Below, piece after piece: positions 1 to 13,920 of a DNA stretch of 64,000 nt. The notes below the pieces were generated by a model, which ran no database searches, had not been told where the DNA came from, and saw nothing but the letters and a program-made list of their open reading frames with translations. The position numbers and the translations under genes were made by a program. Numbering within the stretch: position 1 is the first letter of the stretch; each line of letters starts with the position of its first letter. The stretch is taken from positions 40,488,001-40,552,000 of the forward strand of contig NC_058368.1 of the NCBI RefSeq assembly GCF_018350175.1, read 5' to 3'. The stretch comes from Felis catus (taxonomy: Eukaryota).

Positions 1-169
1 ATTTAGTGTTCTGAAAATATATTTTCTTAATCTTGACTTAGTCTGTGCTGTCTTTTTCAATTTTTTTTATGGGAATATGTGGTGTTTAAATTAACTTACA
101 TAAGTTTCCCATTATATAACTTTTTATTATGTATAGTTACTACATTTTTAATTTAATTCCCATTTATAT

Positions 170-199
170 ATTAACAAATATTTTTCTTGAGAGAGAGAG

Positions 200-239
<40 letters not shown>

Positions 240-406
240 CGCGCACGTGCAGGGAAGAGGCAGAGGGACAGGGAAAGAGAATCTCAAGCAAGCTCCATGC
301 TCAGCACTGAGTCCCATGCAGGTCTTGATCTCACAACTGAGAAATCATGACCTGAGCCAAGATTAAGAGTTAGACTCTTAACTGATTGGGCCACCCTAGG
401 TGCTCC
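170..406 (-). mobile_element. Can-SINE (SINEC) with (GA)n(GT)n(GC)n tail
   Basis: Reverse-complement head ...ccaccctaggtgctcc, core tcatgacctgagcc, microsatellite tail. Confidence 0.85.
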
Positions 407-2133
407 TGAATAACTCTTTTTCATAGTATTATTTGACTTGTTGACTTTATGTCATACTTAGCCCAACTCAGTATCGCTGTGAAAATATCCAGGAATAGAT
501 GACGCGGAACCATATACAGAAAATCTTCCATAAAATACAACTGTTAGAATAACGATTCACAAATGAAACTAATTAGAACAGGAAAATTTTCAAAAGTTAG
601 TAGGACATGACAACAGTATGCCAAATGTAAAGAGAGACACTATCTCTTTCAGACAGAAGCTGTGGGGGGAAAATTGGTTGGGGAATGTTCATTGGGCAGA
701 AAAGAGGAGGGGGATAAAGGCAACACACTTTTTAACTGTGCCCTGTCGGTCTGTCAAGTCCCATGGCCTCTATTTTATGTTCTGTGTCTCATTTTCTAAC
801 AACTTGAAGCTCAAAAGAGGGAAAGTCAAGGAGTTTAAATTGAGGAAGAAAGATAGCAGTGCATTTAGGTTTCACTTTGGCTTTTTCACCTCCAATTTGC
901 AATGCTCCAGTGCGGGGAAAGGAGAAGAATTGTACATTTCGCTGGGAGGTTGGAAGCCTGGTCTTAACAGGCTTAACAGTATAGGAGGGTTAGAATGTTA
1001 AACGTATCAAAATTGTCTTATTAAACATAATTTTATATCAGGCTATTTTGTGTATTGTAACCATGCAACTTCACTGAGTAGAAGTAGACATAAATAGACG
1101 GGTTTGCCACTACATGTACTGTGTTGTGAATGGAAGTAGGAAAAACCTTCTGGGAACCAAAATACTTGAATAAAATTGATGGATGTCACATTCAATATTT
1201 AATTGTTTATTAAATAACACATTTGGAGTATTCGTCATGAATGTGTTATAGCCTATAAACTTTAACATGAAGTAACTGATCTTTCTTAATGCTTAGAACG
1301 GGTATAAATGTATTTTTAAAAGGGCAATTAATAGTTATATCTACATTAAAATAAATTATGTCCGTTTTAATGAATGTGTTGGCTGTTGTTGAGGACATAG
1401 CACATTTTACACAAGGAAAATCAAAAGTATGTATAGCAGCACAATCTGAAATTTACAATTTTACAGCTTAATTATGAGCAGATTGACACCACTTGAGAAA
1501 GGGAGAAGAGGTGAAGGTGACCTAATAGCAAAACTAGGCACAATTTTATAGTAAAAACCTTAACTACCCAAGGAACATTAATAATGCAATGCCAATAAAT
1601 ACTGCAATAAATATTGGACTTATTAATTTGAATTCATTACAAATGTTATTTAAGGAACTAAGTTTACACGCTCAGAGAAAAAAAAAACTGAAAAAGAATT
1701 TGGCACAGAGCAGGAGTTTGTACTCTGCTTTGATAGCTGATTGAGTGTATAGCTTAGTTTTGATATTACTTGGGGCACAGTATAGTGTGTCAGAAACTTT
1801 CTCATATTAAATTGTCAATATCAATTCAGAAATTCATTATTTAATCAATTTTTTTCACAGAAGGAACAAAGCACATAATCAAAAATGTGTATGCCCTTGA
1901 TTTGTTTTCAGACAAGCAATAATCCCAACCACTCCTGCAAAATTCTGTTTGCTGATTTTCTATGACAATTTACATTTAAAATTGTAAACATTTAAATAAT
2001 ATGCAATTAAGTGGTTGGGGATTTGTTTAAATAACTGTATAATAGTGGATTTTAAAGGTGAATGCATTATTGTTTTATATCCCTTCAAATGTTTTATTCC
2101 TTCTCTCTGAAACACTCCATGACACTACTTGAA

Positions 2134-2629
2134 TTTTTTAAATGTTTATTTAGTTTTTTTGGGGGGAAGGGGGAGAGAGGGAGAGAGACAGAGACAGAGA
2201 CAGAGAGACAGAGTGTGAGCAATGTGAGGGGCAGAGAAAGAGGGACATACAGAATCTGAAGCAGGCTCCAGGCTCTGAGCTGTCAGCACAGAGCCCGACG
2301 CAGGGCTTGAACTCACAAACCGTGAGATCATGACGTGAGCCACAGTCAGACACTTTTTTAAAATTTTTTACTGTTTATTTATTTTTGAAAGAATGAGAGA
2401 GAGAGAGAGAGAGCGAGAGAGCAGGAGAGGGTCAGAGGGGGGGGGGGGAGATACAGAATCCAAAGCAGTCTCCAGTCTCTGAGCTATCAGCACAGAGCCC
2501 AACGTGGGGTTCAAACTCATGAATGGTGAGATCAGACCTGGGCCAAAGTCAGACGCTTAACCAACTGAACCACCCAGGTGCCCCAAGCCCAAGTCAGACA
2601 CTTAACTGAGTGAGCCACCCAGGTACCCC
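2134..2629 (-). mobile_element. Felid Can-SINE, interrupted by a second SINE
   Basis: SINEC_Fc-type body gcaggctccaggctctgagctgtcagcac; 17-bp TSD tccatgacactacttga (2116-2132) / tctatgccactacttga (2630-2646). Confidence 0.92.
2354..2584 (-). mobile_element. Felid Can-SINE nested inside another SINE
   Basis: Complete SINE from poly-T to ...ccaggtgcccc; flanked by duplicated agcc(ac/ca)agtcagacac. Confidence 0.9.
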
Positions 2630-4125
2630 TCTATGCCACTACTTGAGTACTAGGTCCTTTTTCTCTTTAGGACTGATCTATAATATTGCTTTCTCCAAGG
2701 AACCCTCATGAGCCATTTAGTTTAAAACAATCCAATCCCATTTGTTTAACATGGTTTTACCAAGGCAGTTTGGTAAATCGTATTCTTAGTGCCTAGCATA
2801 TGATCAAAACTCAATAAATATTAATTATTGAAGAAGGAATGATAGCCTGCAAGCATTTTGTAAGTCAGGCAGAAGGGAATTTTCTTGTATAGGAGGGATA
2901 AACACGAAAAAAAGTACTGAGTATTGAGTTGAAAGATGGCTTGACAGGACAGTTGAACAAGAAATGTCCTTCCTTGAGATTACCAGATTCTCAGACTGGT
3001 TGTTCCATATTCAGATACTGGCACAGGCTGATGACAGTTCAAAGTCCCGGGCATTGGAAGACAAGACTAAAGTTGGTCAAATCAAATGGCAGGTTGTTTG
3101 TTGGTACAAAAAGCTAATACTTTATAAAGACACAGAATGGAGTTTGGAAGTCAATATCTGGCCTTATTATAGGAAAATCATGGAGGTATTTGTAAGTCAT
3201 ACTTAAGTCATATTGAAAAGGGTGATTCCTTGCAGTATGCCATTTCTTGGAATGCAAGAGGGTGGGAGGATTTCTTAACCTTTGCTGCTTTCTAAGAGCA
3301 CAGGGCTCATGTAAGGTATAACACTGCCAAAAGGAATAATTGAATACATGTTTGTTATAGTATATTTAATGTGATGTATATGTATATGAATCTACATATC
3401 TAACTATAGATTTATGCTTTAATTTTGATACTGTCATGGCTATTTTTATATATCTACATAAGTAAGAGCTGATCACTGATTCTTAATGTGTCTAATTGTA
3501 CAAGACTAACTGGTGTATTATTGGGTATCATCCTTGGCTTGTGACCACTATATGCCTTAATGTTTATGACAGTTAAAAAGAACCCTACCCATACTTTCAA
3601 ATGCCGCTTAGCAGAGCAGTCCCTATTCCAGTTGAGAGTCATTGGGATGCAGATGTCATCATGTTATAGATTGCAAATACTAATGCTACATTTCAATAAT
3701 ATTCTTTATTTTCACATGCATATTTGTTGTTAAGCTGCATTTGTTAAATATGTAAATAACAGAAAATACTTGTTCGATCCCATGTGATCCATTCCACCAT
3801 AAGCAATTCATCTAAGCCAATAATGGGGCAAAAATTCTGTTGAAAGCTATTGGCATTCTCGGCAAATTTGACCACAGGAAAGTTTTCTGAGAAGTTTTTG
3901 CAAATGGATTCCCAGCTTAGCAAAAAAGACAAATAAACAGATGATAACTTAGCTATACCTGGACATTTTCAAAAGTGAATATAAAGTGTGACCAAACTAG
4001 TTCATGGGAGAAGTCATACTCTAAGGAATTCTAAAGATGAGTGTGAGAACTCTGATAAATCATGCTATAGTTAGCCTTTCTTCTCAACACCTTTTCATAT
4101 AAGTAAACAACTTTGTTTATTGTTT

Positions 4126-5426
4126 TTTTTAATATGAAATTTTTTGTCAAATTGGTTTCCATACAACACCCAGTGCTCATCCCAACACGTGCCCTCCTCA
4201 ACGCCCATCACCCACTTTCCCCTCCCTCTTACCTCCCATCAACCCTCAGTTTGTTCTCAGTTTTTAAGAGTCTGTTATGTTTTGGTTCCCTTCCTCTCTA
4301 ACCTCTTCTTTTGATTTCTTCCCCTCCCCCATGGTCTTCTGTTAAGTTTCTCAGAATCCACATTAGCATAAAAACATGCGGTATCTGTCTTTGTATGACT
4401 TATTTCACTTAGCATAACACTCTCCAGTTCCAACCACGTTGCTACAAAAGGCCATGTTTCATTCTTTCTTATTGCCAAGTAGTATTCCATTGTGTATATA
4501 AACCACAATTTCTTTGTCCACTCATCAGTTGATGGACATTTAGGCTCTTTCCATACTTTGGCTATTGTTGAAAGTGTTGCTATAAACATTGGGGTACAAA
4601 TGCCCCTATGCATCAGCACTCCTGTATCCCTTGGGTAAATTCCTAGCAGTGCTATTGCTCGGTCATAGGGTAGATATAGTTTTAATTTTTTGAGGAACCT
4701 CCACACTGATTTCCAGAGCAGCTGCACCAGTTTGCATTCCCACCAACAGTGCAAGAGGGTTCCCGTTTCTCCACATCCTCTCCAGCATCAATAGTCTACT
4801 GATTTGTTCATTTTAGCCACTCTGACAGGTGTGAGGTGGTATCTCATTGTGGTTTTGATTTGTATTTCCCTGATGAGGAGTGACGTTGAGCATCTTTTCA
4901 TGTGCCTGTTGGCCCTCTGGATGTCTTCTTTAGAGAAGTGTCTATTCATGTCTTCTGCCCATTTCTTCACTGGATTATTTGTTTTTTGGGTGTGGAGCTG
5001 GGTGAGATCTTTATAGATTTTGAATACTAGCCCTTTGTCCGATATGTCATTTGCAAATATCTTTTCCCATTACGTCAGTTGCCTTTTAGTTTTGTTGATT
5101 GTTTCCTTTGCAGTGCAGAAGCTTTTTATCTGGATGAGGTCCCAATAGTTCATTTTTGCTTTTAATTCCCTTGCCTTTGGAGATGTGTCAAATAAGAAAT
5201 TGCTGCGGCTGAGGTCAGAGAGGTTTTTTTTTCCTGCTTTCTCCTCTAGGGTTTTGATGGTTTCCTGTCTCACATTCAGGTCTTTTATCCATTTTGAGTT
5301 TATTTTTGTGAATGCTGTAAGAAAGTGGTCCAGTTTCATTCTTCTGCATGCTGCTTTCCAGTTCTCCCAGCACCGTTTGTTAAAGAGACTGTCTTTTCCA
5401 TTGGATATGCTTTCCTGCTTTGTCAA
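4126..5426 (-). mobile_element. 5'-truncated LINE-1 (felid-type 3' UTR and ORF2 C-terminal remnant)
   Basis: Minus ORFs give L1 ORF2 motifs ([44 protein letters not shown]). TSD caactttgtttattgttt at 4108-4125 and 5424-5441. Confidence 0.97.
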
Positions 5427-6329
5427 CTTTGTTTATTGTTTAAGCAAGTCTGAGTTGGTGATTTTGTTACTAGAAGTCAAAAAGCATCTTATGTGATATA
5501 CTATATTAATACTAAAATCTAATAAAATATAAAGAAGTGATCTTTTCGACTATTTCTAAAAACTTTTAAACATGTTATAAGCTCTCTTTCCCAAATTAAA
5601 GATTAAGTGTCTCTTAAGAATAATGGTACAGATTTATAAATTAAAAAAAAAATGTTGTGTTACTAAAAACATCCCTGATGAGAAAATTAAAGATGTGTCT
5701 ACTTATTGATAAGAGTTGGTGAAAAGTATTTTTTTAGCCATGTTTGTAAGTCAATACTGGGTGCACATTTAATGAACACGGAACTATTATAATGGAAAAT
5801 ATTACATATAAACTATTAGTCATTCCTTTGTGTTACACCTAAGTATGCTCTTATTGTATGCATATGTGGAAAAAGTAACAATAGTGAATTTTTGTTAAGT
5901 ATTTCCCCAAATAAACTTGCATACCAAGAAATATTAAGAGAGCAGAACAAGTAACAGGCTACATTTGATGAGAGAGAGGATGGAGGGTAAATTAAGAATT
6001 ATCAGGTGCTGTAATCACTGCCTGGCTGACAGTAACTGTACCTTGTTTAACTGCCCGATAGAAAAACGAAACCTGAGTATCTGAAAAAGCTGATAAGTAC
6101 TAGAGAATTAGTTACATGGGATAAGAGATACTAAGATGGAAACATCAAATTATTCAATCAAGAAAATGTCCTGAAAACCTAACATGTTCCAGGTAGTGTT
6201 ACGTATCCTGGGGATATAATAATTAAAAAAAAAGTTGAATGTTAGTTATTCTTTTATGGAATATACATTCTGTGAGGATAAAAGTCAATAAACAACATGT
6301 TTTCATAGCAGTTATGTCTACACGCACGT

Positions 6330-7030
6330 AAAGAAATAATGGCAGGATAGGGATGATTGTAAATAGAATGGTTAGGAAGAAAATATTCTCTGAAGGATGA
6401 TGGTTTTGTTGGGTTCTGAAAAACAAGCCTAGACTAGTTAGGGAAATTTCTTCTGGAAGCAGTTGCTGGCCGAAGGAGTCACAATTACAAAGACCCTCAT
6501 GCTTAGACCGAGTTTTCCATGGAAGCCAAAAGCAACAAGGCCAACATGCCTCAGGTACTTTGAGCAGGTAAGTTTGTGGATCTAGATGGGATTGGAGATA
6601 AATATGGGAGTGTGATTGGAAAGAACTTTATAATAAGGAGTTTGGGTAATATTTAAATTGCAAAGGAAAAGCTACTGGAGAGTTATTAATGGTAAAGTGA
6701 CATATTTTTCAAAGACTAAGATTGGTGCTTAACTGGGAATCATCAGAAAGAGGTAATATAAAAAACTAAAGTAACCAGTTAAAAGATTATTGCTAAACAA
6801 TTGCTAAAATCATTTGAACTATAGAACAGAAAGTAAACAAATTCAGGATATCTTTTGGAAAAGATATCAAAGCATTTTTCAAGGAGCTGGACTTGGAGGA
6901 AGGGAAGGGAAGAGAAGAAACAAAAATGACTTTTTTTTTCATTGAATAACTAGATGTATGTAGTTGCCATTTACTAAATGGAAACAAAAAACACCCACAA
7001 AAATCTAGCATACTAGAAGTATCTTCATTA
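6330..7030 (-). mobile_element. Degraded L2 LINE fragment
   Basis: Purine-rich sequence resembling L2 minus strand (gttgccatttactaaatggaaa); boundaries approximate. Confidence 0.5.
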
Positions 7031-7209
7031 CTCTTTACTTTGAGTGTATTCGTTTCTACATGTGTAGTATAGATATATCATTCTCTTTTCAGGAAAGTCT
7101 ATGGTGAAGATCACTGATATATAAAAAACAATCAAACAAACAAACAAAACAAAAAACAAAACAAACTTTCACCACACGATAATCATTATCAACTCACTAA
7201 TCCTAACAT

Positions 7210-7662
7210 GGGGCAAAGTATTTTAATTATCCCTAGCATTCATCTATTCTTTTTTTGTCTTAGTAATAAAATTCCCCAGATCATCGGGGTACATTGTTGC
7301 CTACCTAAGGAAGAGTTTATAATCTTCCCTTACAGTAACATGTGAAACTTCTGGACCATCTCCTTAAAGATCAAGTCACATATCCTGCATTGCATTCCTC
7401 AGCGCCCCCCCCCCCCCCCATCCTGCTGGTTAAGAGATAGCAACACTGATGCCTTGGACTCAGAGGGAGACAAAATTTGGGGGAAATCAGAGCTAATCTG
7501 CCAGCTTGGCTCACTTGATGGACTTAACCTGAAATCCAGAAATCTCTTCTGTAGTTAATGATGTGAAAGAAAAGTAAACTTCTCTGTTACTTAAACCATA
7601 GCATTTTGGAGAATGTGTTAGTCTAGCTTGTACTCTTTTACTAGCTTGTACTAGTAAATACA
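7210..7662 (+). mobile_element. MLT1-like MaLR LTR relic
   Basis: 3' end ttaaaccatagcattttgg...ctagtaaataca resembles MLT1 terminus; boundaries approximate. Confidence 0.5.
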
Positions 7663-7948
7663 TTATTTCCTAGAAAATAATACTTATGAGGAACATTTGT
7701 GAATTTTTAACAAGCATGGAAAGATGGGCATTGGATTGTGTGTGTGTGTGCGTGCTAGCACTTACATGCATGCGCATGCACACCCATGAGTGCAAGTGCT
7801 GAAATAATATGAGCCCAACAACTGAAGAATAGAGTGGGAAAATAATTTTATCTACCTTTACAAATGGGAAAAATTGAGACTGTCTATATTTCTGAGTAAG
7901 AAGGAATGTGAAACAATATTCTTGTTCTGTAAGAATCATTTCTGTATT

Positions 7949-8195
7949 GGGGTACCTGGGGGGCTTAGTTGGTTAAGTGACCAACTCTTGATTTTGGCCC
8001 AGGTCATGATCTCACAGTTCCTGAGTTCGAGCATTGCCTGGAGCTCTGCAAATGGAGCTTGCTTGGAATTCCCCCTCTCTCCCTCTGTCCTCCCTCTCTT
8101 CCCCTCCCCTGCTCATGCGCATATACCTCCCATGAGAGTGGCATACTCCTTCTATCTCTCTCAAAAAAATAAATAAACTTTAAAATTTTTTTAAA
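7949..8195 (+). mobile_element. Can-SINE
   Basis: Head ggggtacctggggggcttagttggttaag, core caggtcatgatctc, (CT) tail, aataaa/poly-A. Confidence 0.9.
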
Positions 8196-9109
8196 AGGAA
8201 TCATTGCTTCTTATAATAAATCTGGGATGGGAGAGTGGTACTCTATATGCAGCGTATTTTCAAATGTTTGAATTAGAAATAAATGTCATAGTAAATCAGT
8301 CAGGAGATAAATGAGAACTTGGGAAAAACTCAATTAGGTATTGGCATTTCTCTGCATGCTACAGAACTCACAAAACTTTTGTCAGAATTCTGTTGCAAAA
8401 TACTTGAGAGGTATTATGCTTTCTAGTGACATAAGTAAAGATAGAAAAGTCTAGAATAACTTCTTCCTGCAAGTCGGATATCCTGCGAATTCTTTAATCC
8501 TATACATAATTCTGAAAATGGGCATTTTACTTGCTTTTTCACAGTAGCCAGATAGGAAGTGTGTTTGAAGAAGCAAATTAAAAAAAATGTATTCAGACTA
8601 TATCCTTTCAAAGAAAATGAATGAAGCAGATGCAATATGTCCTCCTTGTTTCACAAAAATAAATAGCAATCAACAAAACTTCCATCTCATATTCAAAAAG
8701 TTTAATCAAGGTCATAGTTTTCAACTTTATTTCCAACACATTCAATTAGTAAGAAATCAATAATTTATATACACTGCGACAAAGAATAATGTGAAGAGGA
8801 TCAATTTAGTTGAATAATGAGAAATGTAGCTTAAACATTTTATTTGCATTGTACTTCAGTTAAACCTTGATACGATAAATGTGCCCTGGTGCTTTCTTGA
8901 TGTGGAAATAAAAACTGACCACCAAAGATTTGGGCCTTCCTTCCTTAATGTAAAATAATTTCTAAAAGTTGGCTGTGCAGTGTCTGCATTTTCCAAGCCT
9001 TTGTCAGAAATGTAATGATTAATTACACAGTTAAGTTAGTCAAAGGGAACATGCAAAAGGAAGCAAACAATTTGAATGCTACAAATTGGAGAGGATATTG
9101 AAATAGCAA

Positions 9110-9260
9110 TACTTAAATTTAATAATATTTTAATTTATTTTAGTTATCTAATTTAATATTTTAATTTAATACTTAATTTAATTTAAATATAATAATTTAA
9201 TTTAATAGTAATTTTAAATTAAAAATTAATAATTTAATAGTAATATTTTAATATTTAAAT
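9110..9260. repeat. AT-rich low-complexity tract
   Basis: Degenerate ttaa/aattt repeats, almost no G/C. Confidence 0.8.
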
Positions 9261-12200
9261 GAGAAAAGCTCACATGAGCTTTTGCCTAGATTATCTGATT
9301 CATTATATATAGTTTATAAAGAAAGGATGAAAGGAGAGAGATAAGGACAGAGGTAAGGAAAGATGGGAAGAGGTAGAGGGAAAAGAAAACAAATAAAACT
9401 TTCCTTTGTAAATATCACATCATCTGTAATTTCATTCTCGTTACTAGAAATTGGAATGATCAGACTACATTGTTTCAGGTAAGAAACTTAGCTAGTTTGA
9501 GCCAGTAGTTCTGTCTTGAATGTTTAAGTTGTGGCTTTGAAACAAGGCTTACAGAAGAAAAAAACTGGAATTCAGATCTTAATACTTGAACATTCCTTCC
9601 TATTCCACTTCCCTCAAACAACAATAACAACAACAACACCTTTTAAATTTTTCTTCTCAATTTTCAAGTAAATCCTCAAACTACCCTGTATACCCTCACA
9701 CTAGTTCAAGTCCCATCTAGTTCTTTGTTAGTGCCCGGGCAGAGAAAAATCAGTGGCAGATTCTCCTCCTTTATGGGATGGGCAAGAACCTGGAGAACCA
9801 GTTTAGAGCTCTCCAGTGAAGACCAACAATGTAGCAGATTCTAGACAAGATAGGGGCTGAGAGATCTGTGGACTCTCTCAGAGGAATGATCCTTGTAAGT
9901 TCTCATTGAAACTATACTGCTATTGGAGGAAAGACAGTAATTAAATCAATGGAAAAAATTTCCCTGATCTGAGTTGGGAAACTAAGTTGGCAGACTAAGA
10001 ATCCACAGTATTCCAGGTCAGAATAATAATAAGAGATAAAGTTACTCATAAATATCTTGGTAACATCAATTAAGGGAAAACTTACAACCTTCATGTTGAC
10101 AAAACAAAATAAAACTTGGCATCTGCAAGGGAAAATACATACATACACCAAAAAAGCCTACCTGACATTTTATTTTTTATTTTATTTTTAGAACACTGAA
10201 AACAACAACAAAAAATGAAATAAGTAAATAAATAGTCTGTATGTCCATATGTACAGTTGCCAAGAAGTGGGCTCTGTGACTTTTCTGAAATGAGCTACAT
10301 TTTGGAGAACAAACTTGAAAAATTGAAAAACTTGGTATGAATCTCTGGGATAAAAGGAACACTGTCTTCATCATCATCTCCTCTGATGGGTTGTTTTAAT
10401 TACCAGTACAACCTAGCTTTGATCTTTTTTGATTCTGGCCAGTATTTCAGATTTCCCCCCTTCCTTTGTAATCAGTATACAGATAGTAAACCCAATCTAT
10501 TTTCTGTATCAAAATTAAAAAGAATTTGAATAGCCCTCTGTATAAACCGATTATTTCCCTCATTTCTCAGGCAAGTTAATTTAGTATTAGGAGATGTTAG
10601 TTACAGATTTTGTTAACACCACAGGTTTTTTGTATTCCTGTTTTTCTCACTTTGCAATCAATAAGTACAATTAAAAGTTTTCATTTTCTAGTATCTTAGA
10701 TCTTATCCTCTAAAATACAAGTAACTGTACATACATGCCTTTCTTTCTTTTTAGCATATTTACCCAATTTTTTGAAAGTCACGGTTTGAATATAGAATAA
10801 TCTCTTCAGGGTTGATATATTACATTTCTAATTATAACCTTAAACTGTTTAAAGAATCTGATAATTCAGTGAGAAATCAGATACCGACAGGTTTTAAACC
10901 AAAAGTATTTTGAAATATTTTATCTCATCTATGAACACGTTTCTTGCCACTTATCCCACAGTCTGCAGAGTGCTATTTTTCTTACTTTCATTTTTTGACA
11001 GTTTCTGTATTTACCCAATGAAATTCAACAAGGTTGAGATAGAAAAAAAATCTGTTATCATATTAGCTAGCAATTTTTCCAAGCAGAAAAAAAAGAGACA
11101 GAATTGTGCTTTAAACGTCAGCTAGTAATAAAACATGCTTGTTATGCATATATAAGACTCAGGAAACAGAACATCACTTGATAATTTTTAAAAATACATA
11201 TCATTAATAAAAATAAGTGAATTGATTAGATATAAAATAATATTTGAAACATTACGAAGTTACCCATGTGCTCTGTGCAATTTTGTAATATGTGATTGTA
11301 TCATTAATGTTATAACTTATTGCAGGTAAAGCCTTGTGATGGTACCCATATATCTAGGTAACTCTAATTTAAAGTAGAAGAGAAGCAATAAAAGTATTAA
11401 GGGAAAGAAACAATTTTTGAAATAGCAATTTATTTTCTAGATGAAAAATATAAACTTCAGTCCTATATTTGACATGAGTATATATCAAAATCTTTCCTCA
11501 AATGTGGACTGAAGCCTGAGTTGTTACTTGCAGGCCTGATTATAGTGCAAGGAAAACCCAATAAAATTGTGACACTATACTTTTTTATAGCTCTTTTCTC
11601 TAATAAATATTGATTTTGAGATATTGGTAAAGATTACAGCTTGTAGGTAAGAAACTGTTGATCCAAATATGGTACAAGTATTTTTTTTTTTCTGAATGAC
11701 TCTGTTAGCTTTAATTTGGTAAAGTGATTTAACATGATTAATGAAATTAGAAGTAGCATTGATTCCTGGTTATTGTTATACTTGACATATTAAAAATAGT
11801 TTAAAACGGTGGAAAATATATGTGTGTTCAAGGAGAATGAATTTTGGCACATAAAGTTTATTAAAATCGAGGCAATTTTTGTCACAGCATTGTACATGCC
11901 TAGGTCAATTTACAAACACCAAGTCTCTGTTAGTATATTGATGTAATTCATACAAGTGATTTTTCCTACTTTTTTAGCTGCTTTAAACAGAATATATTCA
12001 AAAGGTCAAATAGGACATTAAATCCAAAGGAATCTTCACTGCCAGTGTTACAATGAAATTATTAAAGGGGAAATATTTTAGTAAGTAATGCACCTATTCT
12101 TTTTATAATCTCAAGTGATCTCTACTGAATTGCTATGTTGTGTATAGTTGACAAGTAGGATATGAAAAAAATACTTATTATATTACTATAATTTTTCTAA

Positions 12201-12478
12201 GAAATAAAATGAAAATACTTATTTAAATTTAAATAAGTAATAAAGCACCAATTATTATGCATATGTGTCCCAAAAACAGCAAATAAATTTACTAAGATAA
12301 TTTTTTTAACTTTGCTATGTAGTATTACATTATATTAAATTATATTAAATATATTTAATTACATTAAACAGCACCTGCATGATACAAAGAACATTTTTGC
12401 AAAAATTTGAAGTCCGACTAGCTGTTCCATGTGGGACAAAGGGCATGTGCAAAGACCTTGGACTAAAAATAAGTTTGA

Positions 12479-12702
12479 GGGGTGCCTGGGTGTCTCAGTG
12501 GGTTAAGCGTCCCACTTCAGCTCAGGTCAGGATCTCACGGTTGGTGAGTTCGAGCCCTACACTGGGCTGTATTTTGACAGCTCAGGGCCTGGAGCCTGCT
12601 TCAAATTCTATGTCTCCCTCTCTGCCCCTCCCCAGTCACACACTGTTTCTCTCTTTCTCAAAGTAAACATTAAAACATTTTTTAAAAAATTAAAAAAAAT
12701 AG
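12479..12702 (+). mobile_element. Felid Can-SINE
   Basis: Head ggggtgcctgggtgtctcag; TSD aaataagtttga (12467-12478 / 12703-12714). Confidence 0.92.
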
Positions 12703-13034
12703 AAATAAGTTTGATGTAATCCAGTAGCATCAAGAAAGTCAGTTTGAGTGGAATATTGTGAGCAAGTGGAGGGCATAAATAGAAGACTTGCAGGGAATTC
12801 ATGGGATACAATAAGGAGTTTGACTATTATTATAGAAAGTTGTATCCTTTGGAAAAATTTGAACAATAAATGTCATGAATTCTTTTTTCTTAGAAAAAGT
12901 GATTTATTGTCTTACTACAGATTCTGGGAAGAACAGAATAAATGGGGGGGGTCCCCATGAGCAGTCCAACTTTTTTTACAAAGCGTATGAACTGAGAATT
13001 GTTTTTATATTTTTAAATGTCTACTATAGAAGTG

Positions 13035-13920
13035 CAGTCAATCCCCGTTATTCACAGATTCTGTATTTGCAAATTTCTCCTCATCAAAATGCATTTGTAA
13101 CCCCAAATCAATAATCAAGGCACTTGAATAGTCATCTGCACATGTGCACATGTACAGAGCAATGGAAGACGTAAGTCACCTGATAAACATGTTCTCAGCT
13201 GAAGTTGAACAAGGCCATAACCTGCCGTCTTGAATCAGGTCTTCTTACATTGTAAACAAGTGTCTTTTTATAGGTTTACTTAGTGCTGCATTTTTCAGAT
13301 TTTTGTGCATTTTTTTTGGTGATCTCACTATTTAAAATGGTCCCAAGAGTAGTGCTAATGTGTTATTTAGTGTTCCAAAGTACAAGAAGGCTGTGATGTT
13401 TATAGAGAAAACATGTGTTTCAGATAAGATTTTTTCAGGCATGAATTATAGTGCTGTTGGCTGTGAGTTTAATGTTAATGAATCAAAAAATGTGTAATCA
13501 ATAAGGTGTCTTTACACAGAAACACATGAGGTGCCTGTGTGGCTCAGTTGGTTGAGCATCCTACTCTTCATTTCAGCATGGATCATGATCTCACAGTTCT
13601 TGAGATTGAGCTCCGCATCAGACTATGTGCTGACAGCATGGAGCCTACTCGGGATTCTCTCCACACCTCTCTCTCTCTGCCCTTTCCCTACTGTGTGCAC
13701 TTGCTCTCTTCCTCTTTCTCTCTCAAAATAAATAAACATTAAAAAAAAAAACAGAAACACATAAAAAAAAGTAAACATGGAATGATTGATAAAAATGTGA
13801 TCAGAGGCTCACAGGCACATAACCTTGTATTTCCCCTAGGAGCATGGTTCAGTATTTGTTAATTTAGTGTTTATGGAGACTGGATAGAACATAACCAATT
13901 CAGATCACAGGAATTATCTG
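13035..13920 (+). mobile_element. MER82-like TcMar-Tigger non-autonomous element
   Basis: Starts cagtcaatccccgttattcacagattctgtatttgc, ends ...gaattatctg followed by TA; ~650 bp after removing the internal SINE. Confidence 0.75.
13528..13750 (+). mobile_element. Can-SINE inside the Tigger element
   Basis: TSD acagaaacacat (13516-13527 / 13751-13762). Confidence 0.92.

Noticed and set aside
618..1001. 127-aa plus-strand ORF (and copy 41140-41523)
   Set aside because: No recognisable domain or exon structure; plausible by chance; the second copy only reflects the duplication.
2062..2353. ORFs with AQVMIS/GHDLTV/SLSLSL motifs here and across the window
   Set aside because: Translations of Can-SINE bodies and (CT)n tails.
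4275..5496. ORFs of 60-159 aa as host genes
   Set aside because: Frameshifted L1 ORF2 remnants and their antisense frames; the same applies to 28315-29608.
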